A stretch of 54,860 bases of DNA, taken from IMG/VR virus record IMGVR_UViG_3300025875_000032, positions 1 through 54,860 of that record, one strand, 5' to 3'. The position numbers and the translations under genes are program-made. Below the pieces are notes generated by a model. It saw only the letters and a list, made by a program, of their open reading frames with translations. It searched no databases and was not told where the DNA came from. This document shows, one piece after another, positions 17,907 to 26,590 of this stretch (position 1 is its first letter; each line of letters opens with the position of its first letter). Source of the stretch: a virus (lineage: Duplodnaviria > Caudoviricetes).

Positions 17907-19475
17907 ATGCCCCGCACCCGCCGACCGCTCGGTTCCGAGCGGTTCGCCCGGTTCGACGGAGGCGAGCTGCTCGCCCTCGTCGCGACCGCCCCCGTCGAGG
18001 TCGAGGACCCGCCGGCCGTCGAGGTCGTCGAGGTCGAGGAGCAGGCGCCCCCGCCCGCCGAGCGCACGCCCGAGGACCAGCAGCTCGACCCGCCGGCCGG
18101 GGGCGTCGCGTTCACCTCGCCGGCCGTCGTCCTGGAGGGATGGGAGACGAGCGACGGGCGGTACATCGAGCCCGGGTCGCTCGGGCGCCGCGACCTCCCT
18201 CAGACCCTTATGGCGATGCTCCGCAACCCGGACGGCGGGTTCTCCGGGCACGACGCCGCGATCGTGTGCGGCCGGATCGACTCCCTGGAGCGGTACGACG
18301 CCTCCGCCGAGCTGAACCGCGAGACGGGGCAGCCGTACGGGCCGGGCGTGTTCGCCTGGAGGGCGACCGGATGGATCGTCCCGAACGACGACCAGCCCGG
18401 CTCGCAGGCGACCCTCGACTACGTCCGCGATCAGGTCCTCCGGGGCGTGTCCGTCGACCTCGGCGAGGTCCGCGCCGAGTGGATCGTCCTGGAGGAGGAC
18501 GAGGAGGGGTTCCCCGAGCGCGAGAGGATGGTCGTCACGGCCGCGTCGCTCGCGCAGTTCACGATCACGCCGTTTGCCGCGTTCCCGGGGGCGTACATCG
18601 TCCTGGACGAGGGGCAGGGCGCCGCCGACGCGGGCGTCGAGCCCCCCTCGACGGAGGTCGTCCCGATCGCCGCGTCCGGGCTCCGCATCCTCCAGCCCGA
18701 GCGCGGCCGGCGGGCGCTCGTCGCGTCCCTCGCCGCCGACGCCGACACGGTCGCCCCCGTCGTCCCGCCCCGGGGATGGTTCGCCCGGCAGGAGGTCGCC
18801 GACCCGGCCCGACACGTGTACCTCGGGCGGGACCGGACCGGCCGCCCGACCGGGCAGGTTTGGGGCTACCTCGCGCAGTGGGGCGTCCCGCACGCCGGGA
18901 TCATGGACCGCGAGGTGTACGCCCCCCGGCTCGGGCCGGACGGGTACCGGACGTTCCACTCGCAGGGCTCCGTGTTCACGGAGGAGGGCGAGGAGGTCCC
19001 GACCGGAATCCTCACGTTCGGCGGGGGGCACGCCTCGACCGACCTCGGCGTGATCCCCGCCCTCGCGCACTACGACTCCGCCGGCTCCGCGTACGCCGAC
19101 GTGGTCCTCGGCGAGGACGAGTTCGGACCCTGGTTCGCCGGCGCGATGCGTCCGCACCTCACCCGGCAGCAGGTCGAGGAGTTCGGCCGGCACCCGCTGT
19201 CCGGGGACTGGAGGGCGAACCCGGGCGATCAGAACGTCCGGCTCGTCGCCGCCCTGTGCGTCAATACGCCCGGGTTCCCGATCCGGGGACACTCGTACCT
19301 CACGGCCGCCGGTGGGCGGACCCTGCTCGCGGCCGGCTCCGCGCCGCTCGTCCGCCGCTCGCAGCAGGGGCGCGGGCACGACGAGGACGCCGTCCGCCGC
19401 GTCGTCGACGACCGGATGCGGCCGGTACTGGCCGCCGCTGCTCGGGCAGGGCTCGCCCGGCTCCGCCGACCGTAG
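17907..19475 (+). CDS. capsid maturation (prohead) protease
   Basis: AGGAG RBS; EG.ETSDGR, GH..A..CGRI, RGVSVDL, P..AF motifs; LSGDWR and LVAAL.VN.PGFP. Confidence 0.8.
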   Translation: MPRTRRPLGSERFARFDGGELLALVATAPVEVEDPPAVEVVEVEEQAPPPAERTPEDQQLDPPAGGVAFTSPAVVLEGWETSDGRYIEPGSLGRRDLPQTLMAMLRNPDGGFSGHDAAIVCGRIDSLERYDASAELNRETGQPYGPGVFAWRATGWIVPNDDQPGSQATLDYVRDQVLRGVSVDLGEVRAEWIVLEEDEEGFPERERMVVTAASLAQFTITPFAAFPGAYIVLDEGQGAADAGVEPPSTEVVPIAASGLRILQPERGRRALVASLAADADTVAPVVPPRGWFARQEVADPARHVYLGRDRTGRPTGQVWGYLAQWGVPHAGIMDREVYAPRLGPDGYRTFHSQGSVFTEEGEEVPTGILTFGGGHASTDLGVIPALAHYDSAGSAYADVVLGEDEFGPWFAGAMRPHLTRQQVEEFGRHPLSGDWRANPGDQNVRLVAALCVNTPGFPIRGHSYLTAAGGRTLLAAGSAPLVRRSQQGRGHDEDAVRRVVDDRMRPVLAAAARAGLARLRRP

Positions 19476-19502
19476 GGTCCCCGGGGGACTACTGTCCGGG
19501 GG

Positions 19503-20741
19503 GTGAGTCGCGAGGAGGATCGCCCCGGGATCGTCGAGCGGGCGTTCGACCGCTGGAGGGTCCGCCTCGCGACGAAGCTCCTCGGGTGGGCGTTCCCCCT
19601 CGCCCTCGTCGCCCTGCTCCTCCTGTGGTTCGCACGCCGGCCGCGACTGCTCCTCGGAGTGATCGCGGCCGGCGTCGCCGTGTACGGGTGGCAGCGGTAC
19701 GGGTGGCTCCCGTTCGCCGTGCTCGCCGTGCTCGTCCTCGCCCCGTTCACGTCCGCTCGGTTCCGAGCGGTCGCCCGAGCGGCAGCACGACGGGCCGGGT
19801 ACGCCGCGCTCGCCGTCGTTGCCGACCCGCTCCGCCGGCCCGTCCCCCTACCCGCCCCCGCCGGGGCGACCCTGGAGGACCTCGGCGCCGTCACGGTCGG
19901 GCGCCGCGAGAACGGCGACCCGCTCGACCTCGCCGTGTGGCGCCCCGGGCGGGGGACGACACACCTCCTCGTCGCCGGCGTCACCGGCTCCGGGAAAGGC
20001 TCCGCAGTCTGGAGCCTCCTCGCCGGGCTCGGGCCGGCGATCCGCGACGGGCTCGTCGCCGTGTGGGCGGTCGACCCGAAGGGCGGAGCCGAACTCGGCG
20101 GGGGGCTTCCCCTGTTCGACCGGTTCGTGTGCGGGGGACCGACGCGCGACGGGTCCCCCTGGCAGACCGCGATCGCCGACCTCCTCGACGAGGCGGTCGG
20201 CGGGATGCAGGCGCGCCTAGTCGCCATGCGCGACCCGGCCCGCCCCGGCGGTCCCGTCCGCGTCCACACGCCGACGCCGGCGGAGCCCGTGATCCTCCTC
20301 GTCGTCGACGAGGTCGCCTCGATCACCGCGTACGCCCCGACGCCGATCCGGACCCGCGTCGAGAACTCCCTCTCCCTCCTCCTGTCGCAGGGGCGCGCGG
20401 CCGGCGTGTCCGTCGTCTCCTGTACGCAGGACCCACGGAAGCAGACCCTCGCGTTCCGGGACCTGATCCCCGAGCGGGTCGCCCTCCGCACGGCGGAGCC
20501 CGTCGCCGACCTGATCCTCGGGCCGGGGATGCGCGAGCGCGGGGCGCTCACGGAGCAGATCGACCGGCGCCTCGCCGGCGTCGGGTACCTCGTCGACGAG
20601 CGGTCCGCCGAGCCCGTCCGCGTCCGGTTCGCGTACGTCGACGACGCGCAGCTCGCCAACCTCGGGCGCCGGTACGCCCCCTCCCGCGCCGTGCTCGTCG
20701 ACGAGCCCCTCCAGGCGACCTCGACGCGGGTCCCGTCGTGA
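19503..20741 (+). CDS. FtsK/SpoIIIE DNA translocase of AICE Tra/TraB type
   Basis: N-terminal TMs; HLLVAGVTGSGKGS Walker A, VDPKGG.EL, LVVDE Walker B, LLSQGRAAG...TQDPRK, EPVRVR.AYV.D. Confidence 0.9.
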   Translation: MSREEDRPGIVERAFDRWRVRLATKLLGWAFPLALVALLLLWFARRPRLLLGVIAAGVAVYGWQRYGWLPFAVLAVLVLAPFTSARFRAVARAAARRAGYAALAVVADPLRRPVPLPAPAGATLEDLGAVTVGRRENGDPLDLAVWRPGRGTTHLLVAGVTGSGKGSAVWSLLAGLGPAIRDGLVAVWAVDPKGGAELGGGLPLFDRFVCGGPTRDGSPWQTAIADLLDEAVGGMQARLVAMRDPARPGGPVRVHTPTPAEPVILLVVDEVASITAYAPTPIRTRVENSLSLLLSQGRAAGVSVVSCTQDPRKQTLAFRDLIPERVALRTAEPVADLILGPGMRERGALTEQIDRRLAGVGYLVDERSAEPVRVRFAYVDDAQLANLGRRYAPSRAVLVDEPLQATSTRVPS

Positions 20742-21004
20742 GGGGACGCCTCCGCCGCGCTCGCGCCTCCGCGCTCGTCCTGGCCCTCGCGCTCGTCCTC
20801 GCCGGCGCCGCGTACCTCGCGCTCCGGGCGCTGGACCCGCGCCCGTGGGTCGCCCTCGTCGGCGCGTGCGGTCCGCTCCTGATCCCCGGGCTCCCGGCCG
20901 CCCTCATGCTCGCCGCGACCCTCCGACACGGCGACCCGTACGACGTGTCGCACCGGTACCCGCCGGGCTCGCACCTCGGGAGGAGTGTCGGTCCCCGCGA
21001 GTAG
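20738..21004 (+). CDS. two-TM membrane protein coupled to the translocase
   Basis: GTGA overlap; two hydrophobic segments. Confidence 0.6.
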   Translation: MRGRLRRARASALVLALALVLAGAAYLALRALDPRPWVALVGACGPLLIPGLPAALMLAATLRHGDPYDVSHRYPPGSHLGRSVGPRE

Positions 21005-21044
21005 GGTTCGCCGTGTATAAATAGGGGGCACCCGCTCCCACGCC
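21005..21044 (+). promoter_or_regulatory. conserved phage promoter element
   Basis: GGTTCGCCGTGTATAAATAGGGGGCAC...TCCCACGCC. Confidence 0.85.
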
Positions 21045-21057
21045 TACCAGAGGACCC

Positions 21058-21585
21058 GTGACCATGATCGACAACGAGCAGCAGATCGACCACGCCGAGC
21101 ACGCCGCCGTCCGCGCCGAGTCCGAGCGCGAGAACCGCGAGGAGCAGGCGCACGCCGACCTCGTGACCGCGACCGTCCAGCACCTCCGCGCCCTCGGGAC
21201 CGCGAGCTACCTCGACGCGCAGGCGTCCCTCGCCCGGTTCGCCGAGGAGGTCCGGCTCCGCCTCGCCCCGAACGCGCACCGGTACGAGCTGCTCGCCCGG
21301 CAGCAGCACGTCGCCCTCCTCGCCCCGACGACCGCCTCCTCGATCGAGGGCGCCGGCTCGTACGACCTCGCCGAGGTCGCCCGGGTCGCCGCCCGCGCCT
21401 ACGCGACGACGCACCGGTCCCCCCGGGACGGCGACCTCCTGAACCGCGCGCTCGCGCACGCGGTCGCCCGGGTCGCCGACGCCGTCGCCGAGGTCGCCCA
21501 CCACGCGCAGCAGGCCGCGACCGACCGCGAGGTCGAGCAGCACGAGCGCGACCTCGCCGAGCGCGACGCCGGCTCCGAGCTGTGA
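21058..21585 (+). CDS. hypothetical helical protein
   Basis: AGAGGA RBS; coding-like. Confidence 0.7.
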   Translation: MTMIDNEQQIDHAEHAAVRAESERENREEQAHADLVTATVQHLRALGTASYLDAQASLARFAEEVRLRLAPNAHRYELLARQQHVALLAPTTASSIEGAGSYDLAEVARVAARAYATTHRSPRDGDLLNRALAHAVARVADAVAEVAHHAQQAATDREVEQHERDLAERDAGSEL

Positions 21586-21875
21586 TCGCGACCGTGTTCG
21601 CCGTCGTCCTCGCGAAGCGCACCGCGTCCGGAACCGCGCTCACCGTGAACCGTCGCCCGCACGACGCCGCCCCGCTCGTCCTGTCCCTCCACGCGAGCCG
21701 GCAGGCGGCCGACCGGCGCCTCGTCGAGGTCGCCCGCGCCGAGTGGGACTCCGACGAGTCGAACCTCGCCTACGCCTACGGGCCGGCCGACGCGTGGGAG
21801 GACGCAAAGCTCCTGGAGCACATGCGCGACCTCGGATACCTCGCGACCGTGACCGAGCAGGTCGTCGAGCTGTGA
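21582..21875 (+). CDS. hypothetical protein
   Basis: GTGA-coupled. Confidence 0.65.
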   Translation: MIATVFAVVLAKRTASGTALTVNRRPHDAAPLVLSLHASRQAADRRLVEVARAEWDSDESNLAYAYGPADAWEDAKLLEHMRDLGYLATVTEQVVEL

Positions 21876-22189
21876 GCGTCGTCACCGGGACGACCCGGGC
21901 GCTCGCCTGCCTCGCCCTCGGGCATGACGAGGACGGGTCCGTCCGCTGCCCCTCCTCCGACGAGGACCTCGTCCGGCAGCTCGTCGAGCAGGTCCAGGCG
22001 CTCCGCGTCGCCGCCGGCGTCGTCGAGGAGTCCGAGGTCGACCGCGCCGAGCGGATCGAGGTCGTCGAGGACGTGCTGTCGGACGTGCTCGTCGACTCCG
22101 ACGCCGTGATCGACCCGGAGGTCGCTCGCCGGCTCGTCGAGCGCCTCGACGGCGCCGGGTGGACCCTGCACCCGGTCCGCCGTCCGTGA
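21872..22189 (+). CDS. hypothetical protein
   Basis: GTGA-coupled. Confidence 0.6.
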   Translation: MSVVTGTTRALACLALGHDEDGSVRCPSSDEDLVRQLVEQVQALRVAAGVVEESEVDRAERIEVVEDVLSDVLVDSDAVIDPEVARRLVERLDGAGWTLHPVRRP

Positions 22190-22587
22190 CCGGGGAGGAC
22201 CGGACCGCGCTCGCGTGGGCTGCCGGCGTGTTCGACGGCGAGGGGTATATCGGGTCGAAAATCCGAAAGACGCCCGGCGGTCGCCGGAACCCGTACATCC
22301 ATATGTCCGTGTCTCAGTACCACGACGCCGAGGTCGTCGAGCGGTTCACGGCCGCCCTCGGCATCGGTACGTGCTCTGTTCGTCACCGGGAGACGCCGCG
22401 CGGACCCGTGGTCGAGTCCCTGTGGCGCGTCCAGAGTTTCGAGAAGGTGCAGGCTGCCGTCGCGCTGCTCTGGCCGTGGCTCAGTGGGCCGAAACGGCGG
22501 CAGGCCGTCCAGGCGTTGCAGTCGTTCCACGGGGAGCGGGAGGTCCTCGGCGTCCGTGAGTGGCGCCGTCGAACCGCGTCGGCGTGA
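22186..22587 (+). CDS. LAGLIDADG homing endonuclease
   Basis: WAAGVFDGEGYI motif; L.PWL..PKR.QA end. Confidence 0.85.
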   Translation: MTGEDRTALAWAAGVFDGEGYIGSKIRKTPGGRRNPYIHMSVSQYHDAEVVERFTAALGIGTCSVRHRETPRGPVVESLWRVQSFEKVQAAVALLWPWLSGPKRRQAVQALQSFHGEREVLGVREWRRRTASA

Positions 22588-22629
22588 CACTCGGAGGGGG
22601 GACTCGCGCATCGGGTCTCCCCTCCGAGC

Positions 22630-22669
22630 GGTTACCCGTGTATAAAAGGGGGGCACACGTTCCCACGCC
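22630..22669 (+). promoter_or_regulatory. conserved phage promoter element
   Basis: GGTTACCCGTGTATAAAAGGGGGGCAC...TCCCACGCC. Confidence 0.85.
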
Positions 22670-22680
22670 TGGAGGTTCCC

Positions 22681-22857
22681 GTGTCCCACTCCACCCGCCC
22701 CCGCCGGCTCGCCGACGGGCAGCAGCTCGCGCTCCTGCCGACCTCGATCGAGGAGGACGGCGATCAGCTCGACCTCGTCGAGCACGCCGGCGTCGAGACG
22801 CTGTCGCCCACCCCGGCCGCCGCCGGCCCCCTCGTCCTGCTCCCCCTGGAGGGCTGA
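22681..22857 (+). CDS. 58-aa protein with two QLxL motifs (absent from ORF track)
   Basis: GGAGG RBS directly after the promoter element; MSHSTRPRRLADGQQLALLPTSIEEDGDQLDLVEH... Confidence 0.7.
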   Translation: MSHSTRPRRLADGQQLALLPTSIEEDGDQLDLVEHAGVETLSPTPAAAGPLVLLPLEG

Positions 22858-22860
22858 CCG

Positions 22861-23226
22861 GTGGCGAAGCGCGGGCAGCTCCAGCCCTGGAGGGTCCGGT
22901 ACGAGTGGCCCGGCGGAACCTCCGGCACGAACTCGCACGTCACCCGCGAGGACGCCGTGTTCGCCGCCCGCCGGCAGGTCGAGCGCGTGAGCCCGCTCAC
23001 CGGCCGCCGCGAGTGTGTCGCGACCGTGTCGCACCGCGACCGCCCCGAGGAGGTCGAGGAGTTCGCCTCGACGGCGACGGTCTGCGAGTGGTGCGACGCC
23101 GAACTCGACGGCGTCGACGACCCGGTCGACGTGTGCGAGCCCGGGTGCGACTGCCCGCCCTGCTCCGTCGCCCGAGCCCTCGACGACGACGCCGACGCCT
23201 ACCGCGACCGGGTCCGGAACCCGTGA
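22861..23226 (+). CDS. hypothetical protein with Cys cluster
   Basis: GGAGGG RBS; CEWC...C..GCDC..C. Confidence 0.65.
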   Translation: MAKRGQLQPWRVRYEWPGGTSGTNSHVTREDAVFAARRQVERVSPLTGRRECVATVSHRDRPEEVEEFASTATVCEWCDAELDGVDDPVDVCEPGCDCPPCSVARALDDDADAYRDRVRNP

Positions 23227-23513
23227 CCGGCCACGCGCTCACGCCCTACGGGTACGCGACCGTCGCGCTCGCCGCCCGCGAGCCCGAGTGGGACCCGGCA
23301 TACGAGGACCCGGACGGGCTCCTCGACGACGCCGATCACGAGCCCGAGGAGGACCGCGACGCCCCGTCCCTCGACGAGGCGCTCGGCGTCCCCGTCGACA
23401 CGTACTGCCCGGACTGGCCGCACCGGTACGTGTGCCCGGAGTGCTCCGGGAATGGCTGCCGCGCCTGCTCGGGCACCGGTGAACGGGAGGACCGGCGCCC
23501 CTGCCGACACTGA
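23223..23513 (+). CDS. hypothetical protein with CxxCxGxG motifs
   Basis: CPECSGNGCRACSGTG. Confidence 0.6.
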   Translation: MTGHALTPYGYATVALAAREPEWDPAYEDPDGLLDDADHEPEEDRDAPSLDEALGVPVDTYCPDWPHRYVCPECSGNGCRACSGTGEREDRRPCRH

Positions 23514-23515
23514 TC

Positions 23516-23557
23516 CGCCGCAACTCCGCACGCGCACCCGCCCCGCTGTTCTACGGT
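23516..23557 (+). promoter_or_regulatory. CGCCGCAACTC-N25-TACGGT putative capsid operon promoter
   Basis: Shared motif and spacing with 13802 and 50414. Confidence 0.6.
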
Positions 23558-23692
23558 CCGTCCGTACGAGCAGCGGGGCGTCGCGCTACCTAGTGGCCCG
23601 CCTCGCCGCCCCCCGCCCATAGGGCGCCCGGGGGTACCGCTCGCAGACGACCGTCCGTACGTCTGTCGACGATCCCCGAGGAGGGGCAACCC

Positions 23693-25660
23693 GTGTCACG
23701 CAACCTGAACCGCCGCCCGAGCAGCACCCGGAGCCGCGTCCGGTTCGGCTCGTCCGGCGAGCTGCTCGCGCTCGTCGCCGACGCCCCCGAGTCGCCGCTC
23801 GCGTTCCTGGACACGCCGGAGGGCGCCGAGCCGCTCACCCGCGCGCAGATCGAGGAGTACCTCGCCGGACTGGACGCCGAGGCGCTCGGCGAGGTCGTCG
23901 AGGCCGCCCGCTCCGAGGCGGAGGGGATCGACGTTGCGACCGTCACCTCCGAGACGATCGAGCGGATCACGACCCTCGGCGACGCCGTCGAGGTCGCCGA
24001 GGGTCGCCTCCAGCAGATCGAGGCGGAGGAGGTCGAGCGGCAGCAGCGCGCCGCCGACGCGCTCCAGCGCCTCCAGCGCCCGGCCGCCGAGGGCGAGGGC
24101 GAGGGCGAGGGAACGGAGGGCGCCGAGGGCGCCGAGGGCGAGGGCGCCGAGGGCGCGAACGCCGAGCAGCCCGAGCCCGTCGCCGCCTCCGGGGGCACCC
24201 GCCCGCCGGCCGCCCGCCGGACGACCGTCCTCCCCCGCCCCGGCGCCTCCGGTGGCATGGGCTCCGGGACCGCTGCCGGCCGCACCGGTGGGACCGCCCC
24301 CGCGTACACGGCGCCGCAGGCGTCGAACGCCCTCGTCGCCTCCGCCGGTCTGGAGTCGATCGGGATCAACAACGGGTCGACGATCGAGTCGCCCCGGCAG
24401 CTCGGCGACGCGTTCGGGCTCCGGATCGACGCGCTCCGGCGCGGGCACGGGTCCGGCGCGGACGGCGAGCACCTCACCGTCGCGACCGTCCGGACCTCGT
24501 TCCCCGAGGAGCGGCGCCTCCGCGAGGGCGCCGTCGACCGGAACACGGCGCTCGTCGCCGCTGCCGTCACCCGCGAGAACCTCCTCGCGGCCGGCGCGCA
24601 CGCGTCCGGGAACGGCGCGATCGTCGCCGCCGGCGGTCTGTGCGGTCCGATCGACTCCCTGAACGACGTTCCCGTCCTCGGCTCGACCGCCCGGCCCGTC
24701 CGCGACGCGCTCGCGAACTTCGGCGCCGAGCGCGGGGGCGTCCGGTGGCGCGAGCACCTCTCGTTCGGCGACCTCGCCGCCGCCGTCGGGTTCTGGACCC
24801 TCGCCGACGACGAGGCAGCGGGCGACCCGGCGAACACGGTCGACGGCGTGTACGGCGGACCCGTCAAGCCGTGCGCCGAGGTCCTCTGCCCCGGCGAGGT
24901 CGAGGCGTACGTCGAGGCGATCACGCTCTGCCTCCTGTTCCGCAACGCCTCGGCGCGGTTCGACCCGGAGGGCACGGCCGCGAACATCACGGCCGCGCAG
25001 ATCGCGCACGCCCGGATCGCCGAGAACCGGCTCCTCTCGCAGCTCGGCGCCCTCTCGACGACCGTCACGGGCGGGGAGGTCCTCGGCGCGCTCCGCGACC
25101 TGCTGACGTGGCTCGACCAGCTCCTCGCGCAGTACCGGTCGTTCTACCGGCTCGACGACACGATCGCCCTCCGGATGGTCCTCCCGCAGTGGGTCCGGCT
25201 CATGCTCCGCGCCGACCTCACCCGGGGCATGGCCGGCGACCTGGACGCGATCGCCGCGTCCGACGCGCAGATCGCCGGATGGTTCCAGACACGGGGCGTG
25301 AACATCACGTGGCACCTCGACGGGCTCGGCGCCCGGGGCGCTGCCGCCGGCGTGGCCCCCGCGATCCCCGCGCAGGCGTACGGGGCGTTCTCCCCGGCCG
25401 GCGCGGTCGCCGCGTTCCCGGCCGCGATCGAGGCGCTCCTGTGGGTCGAGGGCGACATGCTCCACCTCGACGGCGGAACCCTGGACCTCGGCGTCGTCCG
25501 CGACTCCACCCTGAACGCCCGGAACGAGTACAAGACGTTCAGCGAGTCGTGGGAGGGCGTCGCGCACCGGGGCGTCGAGGCGATCCGGGGCGTCGTGACG
25601 ACCCGGCCGCTCGGCATGGTCGCCGGCACCCGCGACACGGCCGCGATCCTGGCCGCCTGA
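23693..25660 (+). CDS. major capsid protein with N-terminal scaffold-like region
   Basis: GAGGAGG RBS; coiled-coil N-terminus, IVAAGGLCGP, RGG, KPC....CP, GG.LDLGVVRDSTLN..N.Y..FSE. Confidence 0.9.
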   Translation: MSRNLNRRPSSTRSRVRFGSSGELLALVADAPESPLAFLDTPEGAEPLTRAQIEEYLAGLDAEALGEVVEAARSEAEGIDVATVTSETIERITTLGDAVEVAEGRLQQIEAEEVERQQRAADALQRLQRPAAEGEGEGEGTEGAEGAEGEGAEGANAEQPEPVAASGGTRPPAARRTTVLPRPGASGGMGSGTAAGRTGGTAPAYTAPQASNALVASAGLESIGINNGSTIESPRQLGDAFGLRIDALRRGHGSGADGEHLTVATVRTSFPEERRLREGAVDRNTALVAAAVTRENLLAAGAHASGNGAIVAAGGLCGPIDSLNDVPVLGSTARPVRDALANFGAERGGVRWREHLSFGDLAAAVGFWTLADDEAAGDPANTVDGVYGGPVKPCAEVLCPGEVEAYVEAITLCLLFRNASARFDPEGTAANITAAQIAHARIAENRLLSQLGALSTTVTGGEVLGALRDLLTWLDQLLAQYRSFYRLDDTIALRMVLPQWVRLMLRADLTRGMAGDLDAIAASDAQIAGWFQTRGVNITWHLDGLGARGAAAGVAPAIPAQAYGAFSPAGAVAAFPAAIEALLWVEGDMLHLDGGTLDLGVVRDSTLNARNEYKTFSESWEGVAHRGVEAIRGVVTTRPLGMVAGTRDTAAILAA

Positions 25661-25669
25661 TCGAGTCCC

Positions 25670-25702
25670 CCCGCCCCGCCCGAGCAGCTCGGGCGGGGCG
25701 GG
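25670..25702 (+). terminator. GC-rich hairpin after capsid gene
   Basis: Perfect inverted repeat CCCGCCCCGCCCGAGC/GCTCGGGCGGGGCGGG. Confidence 0.7.
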
Positions 25703-25737
25703 TGACCCGGTCCCGTCCCTGACCGCGAGGAGCCCCC

Positions 25738-26571
25738 GTGCTGACCCGAGTCGTCGCCCCCCGGGCGACCGTTCCCCCTCACTCCCTGATCCGCGCCGCC
25801 GTGACCACGCTCGACGGCGAGGCCGGGTGGGAGCGCGGGCTCACCTACGCCCCCGAGTCCCCCGGCGGGTACCGGGCGTTCGCCGCCTGTACCGACGCCG
25901 AGTACGTCGACGAGGGCTCCGGCGTGACGCCCGCCGTCGAGTACCGGCCGTGGGACCTCCAGGTCCTCCACCCGTGTCACTCGACGTTCGGGCTCGACGA
26001 GGTCCAGCTCGACGCCGAACTCGGGCGAGCGATGGACACCGTCGAGTCCTACGCGATCGCCCGCGAGTTGTGGGCCGGCGACCTCACCCGCGCCGCTGCC
26101 GACGCCGGCGACGTGGACGCCCCGAACCTCTCCCTCGTCGACGGACCGACCGTGCTCAACGGCGGGACGCCGACGAAAGCAGCCCTCGCCCTCGGGATGC
26201 TGGAGCAGGCGGTCGGCGACGCCCTCCGGGGGCAGCAGGCGTACCTCCACGTCGGCCGGATCGCGCAGAACCTCCTCCCGAACGTCACCCGCGAGGGGAA
26301 CCTGCTCACGACCCGGATCGGGAACCTCGTCGTCGCCGACGCCGGGTACCCGGGGACGCCCCCGATCGGCGAGGACGCCGCCCCGGGCGTCGGGTGGGTC
26401 TACGCGACCGGCCCGGTCGTCGTCCGCCGCTCCTCGATCGAGCGCCTCGGCATCGGGCAGGGCGCGCTCGACACGAGGACGAACACGCTCGACCTCCGCT
26501 CGACCCGGGTCGTCGCCGCGACGTTCGACCACTCCGCCCTGTTCGCCGTCCCCGTCGACCTGACCGCCTGA
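25738..26571 (+). CDS. second capsid protein (pentamer/minor capsid-like)
   Basis: Follows major capsid; E...IARELW.G, LE, T..GN.VV..GY.G.P, W.YATGPV motifs. Confidence 0.65.
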   Translation: MLTRVVAPRATVPPHSLIRAAVTTLDGEAGWERGLTYAPESPGGYRAFAACTDAEYVDEGSGVTPAVEYRPWDLQVLHPCHSTFGLDEVQLDAELGRAMDTVESYAIARELWAGDLTRAAADAGDVDAPNLSLVDGPTVLNGGTPTKAALALGMLEQAVGDALRGQQAYLHVGRIAQNLLPNVTREGNLLTTRIGNLVVADAGYPGTPPIGEDAAPGVGWVYATGPVVVRRSSIERLGIGQGALDTRTNTLDLRSTRVVAATFDHSALFAVPVDLTA

Positions 26572-26590
26572 CCTCCGAGGAGTACCTACC

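Noticed and set aside
19476-21060. Complete integrated AICE or a clt 8-bp repeat array beside the translocase
   Set aside because: No int/xis/rep genes, att repeats or clustered octamer array visible by eye; a k-mer scan is still worthwhile
22186-22587. LAGLIDADG as part of an intron or intein
   Set aside because: Free-standing, GTGA-coupled ORF with its own stop; no interrupted host gene evident
24085-24155. GAGGGC-type tandem repeats in the capsid gene
   Set aside because: Encode a low-complexity EG/AEG linker of the scaffold region; ordinary
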